DNA from: Verrucomicrobiales bacterium
GTDB taxonomy: Bacteria; Verrucomicrobiota; Verrucomicrobiia; Limisphaerales; UBA1100
Assembly (NCBI GenBank): GCA_011523245.1
Contig: WTHG01000227.1
Span: 1-29,646 of the forward strand
Length of the DNA: 29,646 nt
Direction of reading: 5' to 3'
The notes beneath the pieces are model-generated. The model saw nothing but the letters and a program-made list of their open reading frames with translations. It was not told the origin of the DNA and searched no databases. Positions 28,180 to 29,646 of this stretch are shown here, one piece after another. A program made the position numbers and the translations under genes. How positions within the stretch are numbered: the first letter of the stretch is position 1; the number at the start of each line of letters is the position of its first letter.

Positions 28180-28881
28180 TTAGCCGAGATTCGTGATCTC
28201 CTTAAGATCCAGCTTCACACTGGGCCCCATGGTGGTGGAAATGGATGCTGACAACAGGTAGTTGCCCTTGGTGGAGTCGGGCTTGGCCTTCATCACGGCG
28301 GTCAACGCGGCTTCAGCGTTCTCCAAAAGTTTCGCCGCATCAAAGCTGATCTTCCCCACGGGAAATGCAAGGTTGGCGCTCTTATCCACCTTGAACTCCA
28401 CGCGGCCGGCTTTCACTTCGCCCACTGCCTTGGCGAGGTCTTCAGTCACGGTGCCGGCCTTGGGGGTCGGCATCAGGTTGCGTGGACCGAGCACACGGCC
28501 AAGTTTGGCCACACCGGCTTTCATGGCTTCAGGAGACGCCACAGCTACATCAAAATCCGTCCAGCCGCCCTCGACCTTTGTAATGAGTTCCTTCAATCCC
28601 ACGTGATCGGCGCCAGCTTCCTTAGCAGCATCGGCTGCGGGGCCTTCGGGTGCAAAGACCGCCACACGTACAGTCTTGCCGCTACCGTTGGGCAACGCCA
28701 CGGTGCCGCGCACCATTTGGTCGGAGTGTTTGGGGTCCACGCCCAGACGCAGCGACAGGTCGACCGATTCGTCGAACTTGGCGCGAGGGAATTTCCCGAG
28801 GGCGTCAACGGCGTCCTTCAGGGAAACGGTTTCCCCACCGTTCCGGGCCTCGAGGGCTTGTTTGTATCGTTTGCTAGGCAT
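28180..28881 (-). CDS. rplA: 50S ribosomal protein uL1
   Basis: AKFDESVD...RLGVDP...DQ.VRG.V.LP.G.GK.VRVAVF, LG..LGPR.LMP.PK.GTVT, K.GRVEF..DK, STTMGP. Confidence 0.99.
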   Translation of the reverse strand: MPSKRYKQALEARNGGETVSLKDAVDALGKFPRAKFDESVDLSLRLGVDPKHSDQMVRGTVALPNGSGKTVRVAVFAPEGPAADAAKEAGADHVGLKELITKVEGGWTDFDVAVASPEAMKAGVAKLGRVLGPRNLMPTPKAGTVTEDLAKAVGEVKAGRVEFKVDKSANLAFPVGKISFDAAKLLENAEAALTAVMKAKPDSTKGNYLLSASISTTMGPSVKLDLKEITNLG

Positions 28882-28890
28882 TGTAGGGGT

Positions 28891-28919
28891 GCGGTGCAGA
28901 CGGGCTCACGCCCTCCCGC
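28891..28919 (-). promoter_or_regulatory. uL1 autoregulatory binding site (23S rRNA mimic) upstream of rplA
   Basis: mRNA GCGG-GA-GGGC-GUGA-GCCC-GUCUGCA-CCGC: a 4-bp outer stem, a GA / 7-nt asymmetric loop and a 4-bp inner stem closed by a GNRA tetraloop. This matches the remembered Firmicute-type pattern GUGG-GA-GG..CC-GCUAUAA-CCAC. Confidence 0.75.
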
Positions 28920-28934
28920 TGTTTGGTTTAAATT

Positions 28935-29360
28935 TTAGTCGACTACGTCGATGCCCATACTTCGGGCGGTGCCGGCAATAATGCGCGCGGCTTTTTCCTC
29001 ATCAAATGCGTTGAGGTCGTTCTTCTTTTTCTCCGCGATTTCGGCGATCTGCGCTTGAGTCACTTTGCCGACCTTTTCCTTGTTCGGCACTCCAGAGCCG
29101 GAGGCGATGCCGGCGGCTTTCTTGAGGAGATCCGAAGCTGGCGGGGATTTCAGGACGAAGTCAAAGGACTTGTCTTGGTACACGGTGATCACCACCGGCA
29201 CGATACTGCCTGCCATGTCCTGAGTTTTGGCGTTGAACTCCTTACAGAACGGCATGATCGGCACACCGAGCTGCCCCAGAGCCGGGCCCACGGGCGGTGC
29301 CGGCTTGGCGTCGCCGCCGGGAATCTGAAGTTTGATTTGTCCAATTTCTTTTTTCGCCAT
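28935..29360 (-). CDS. rplK: 50S ribosomal protein uL11
   Basis: [48 protein letters not shown]. Confidence 0.99.
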   Translation of the reverse strand: MAKKEIGQIKLQIPGGDAKPAPPVGPALGQLGVPIMPFCKEFNAKTQDMAGSIVPVVITVYQDKSFDFVLKSPPASDLLKKAAGIASGSGVPNKEKVGKVTQAQIAEIAEKKKNDLNAFDEEKAARIIAGTARSMGIDVVD

Positions 29361-29383
29361 GGTAAATTAATCCTATTGTGGGG

Positions 29384-29619
29384 TTATTGTTTTTCCACCT
29401 GCCAATACTCGAGCTCCACCGGGGTGCTGCGGCCGAAAATATCGATAGTCACCTTTAGTTTGCCGGCTTCGGTATCAATTTCTTCCACCGAACCATTGTA
29501 GTTTTGGAAGGGGCCGTCGTTGATCTTCACCACTTCGCCGATCTCGAAATTCACCCTCGGCTTTTCACTCTCTTCAGCCTCCGTGATCTGAGCCTTGATC
29601 GCCTCAATTTCTTCGGTGG
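29384..29619 (-). CDS. nusG: Transcription factor NusG, C-terminal (KOW) part only; 5' portion absent from the window
   Basis: FE.GE.V.I.DGPF..Y.G.VEEID....KLKV...IFGR.TPVELEY.QVEK. Sequence beyond 29619 is a mirror image, so the ORF-track start at 29644 is spurious. Confidence 0.95.
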
Positions 29620-29646
29620 CCACCGAAGAAATTGAGGCGATCAAGG
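29593..29646. repeat. Perfect 54-bp palindrome (27-bp arms, no loop) at the window edge
   Basis: CCTTGATCGCCTCAATTTCTTCGGTGG | CCACCGAAGAAATTGAGGCGATCAAGG; the right arm is the exact reverse complement of the left, with the centre at 29619/29620. Confidence 0.98.

Noticed and set aside
29384-29644. Apparent stand-alone 86-aa KOW-domain NusG paralogue
   Set aside because: Its start codon and first residues come from the mirrored palindrome arm; it is the C-terminal part of ordinary nusG.

Overview
Housekeeping window: a contiguous, entirely minus-strand transcription/translation super-cluster. It reads nusG(partial)-rplK-rplA-rplJ-rplL-rpoB-rpoC-rpsL-rpsG-fusA-S10 block-spc block-secY-map-infA-rpmJ-rpsM-rpsK-rpsD-rpoA-rplQ, then an intrinsic terminator and the 5' end of a sodium:solute symporter gene. 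tuf, rpmD (L30) and adk are absent from their usual slots. Protein style and gene content suggest a PVC-superphylum bacterium, probably Verrucomicrobiota (inference, not a database result). I see no rRNA, tRNA, CRISPR, mobile element or defence system. The most unusual signals are: (1) insertions or divergence in four proteins near the ribosomal exit tunnel (uL22 with a ~50-aa helical-hairpin insert, uL23, uL24, bL17); (2) an IF-1 that has lost its rRNA-binding motif; (3) acidic or RGG disordered extensions, two built from 3x18-bp repeats; (4) structured RNA candidates in the few long spacers, including a clear L1-binding site; (5) a perfect 54-bp palindrome at the right edge that cuts nusG and is most likely a fold-back artefact. 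All family comparisons are from remembered consensus sequences, not from searches I ran.
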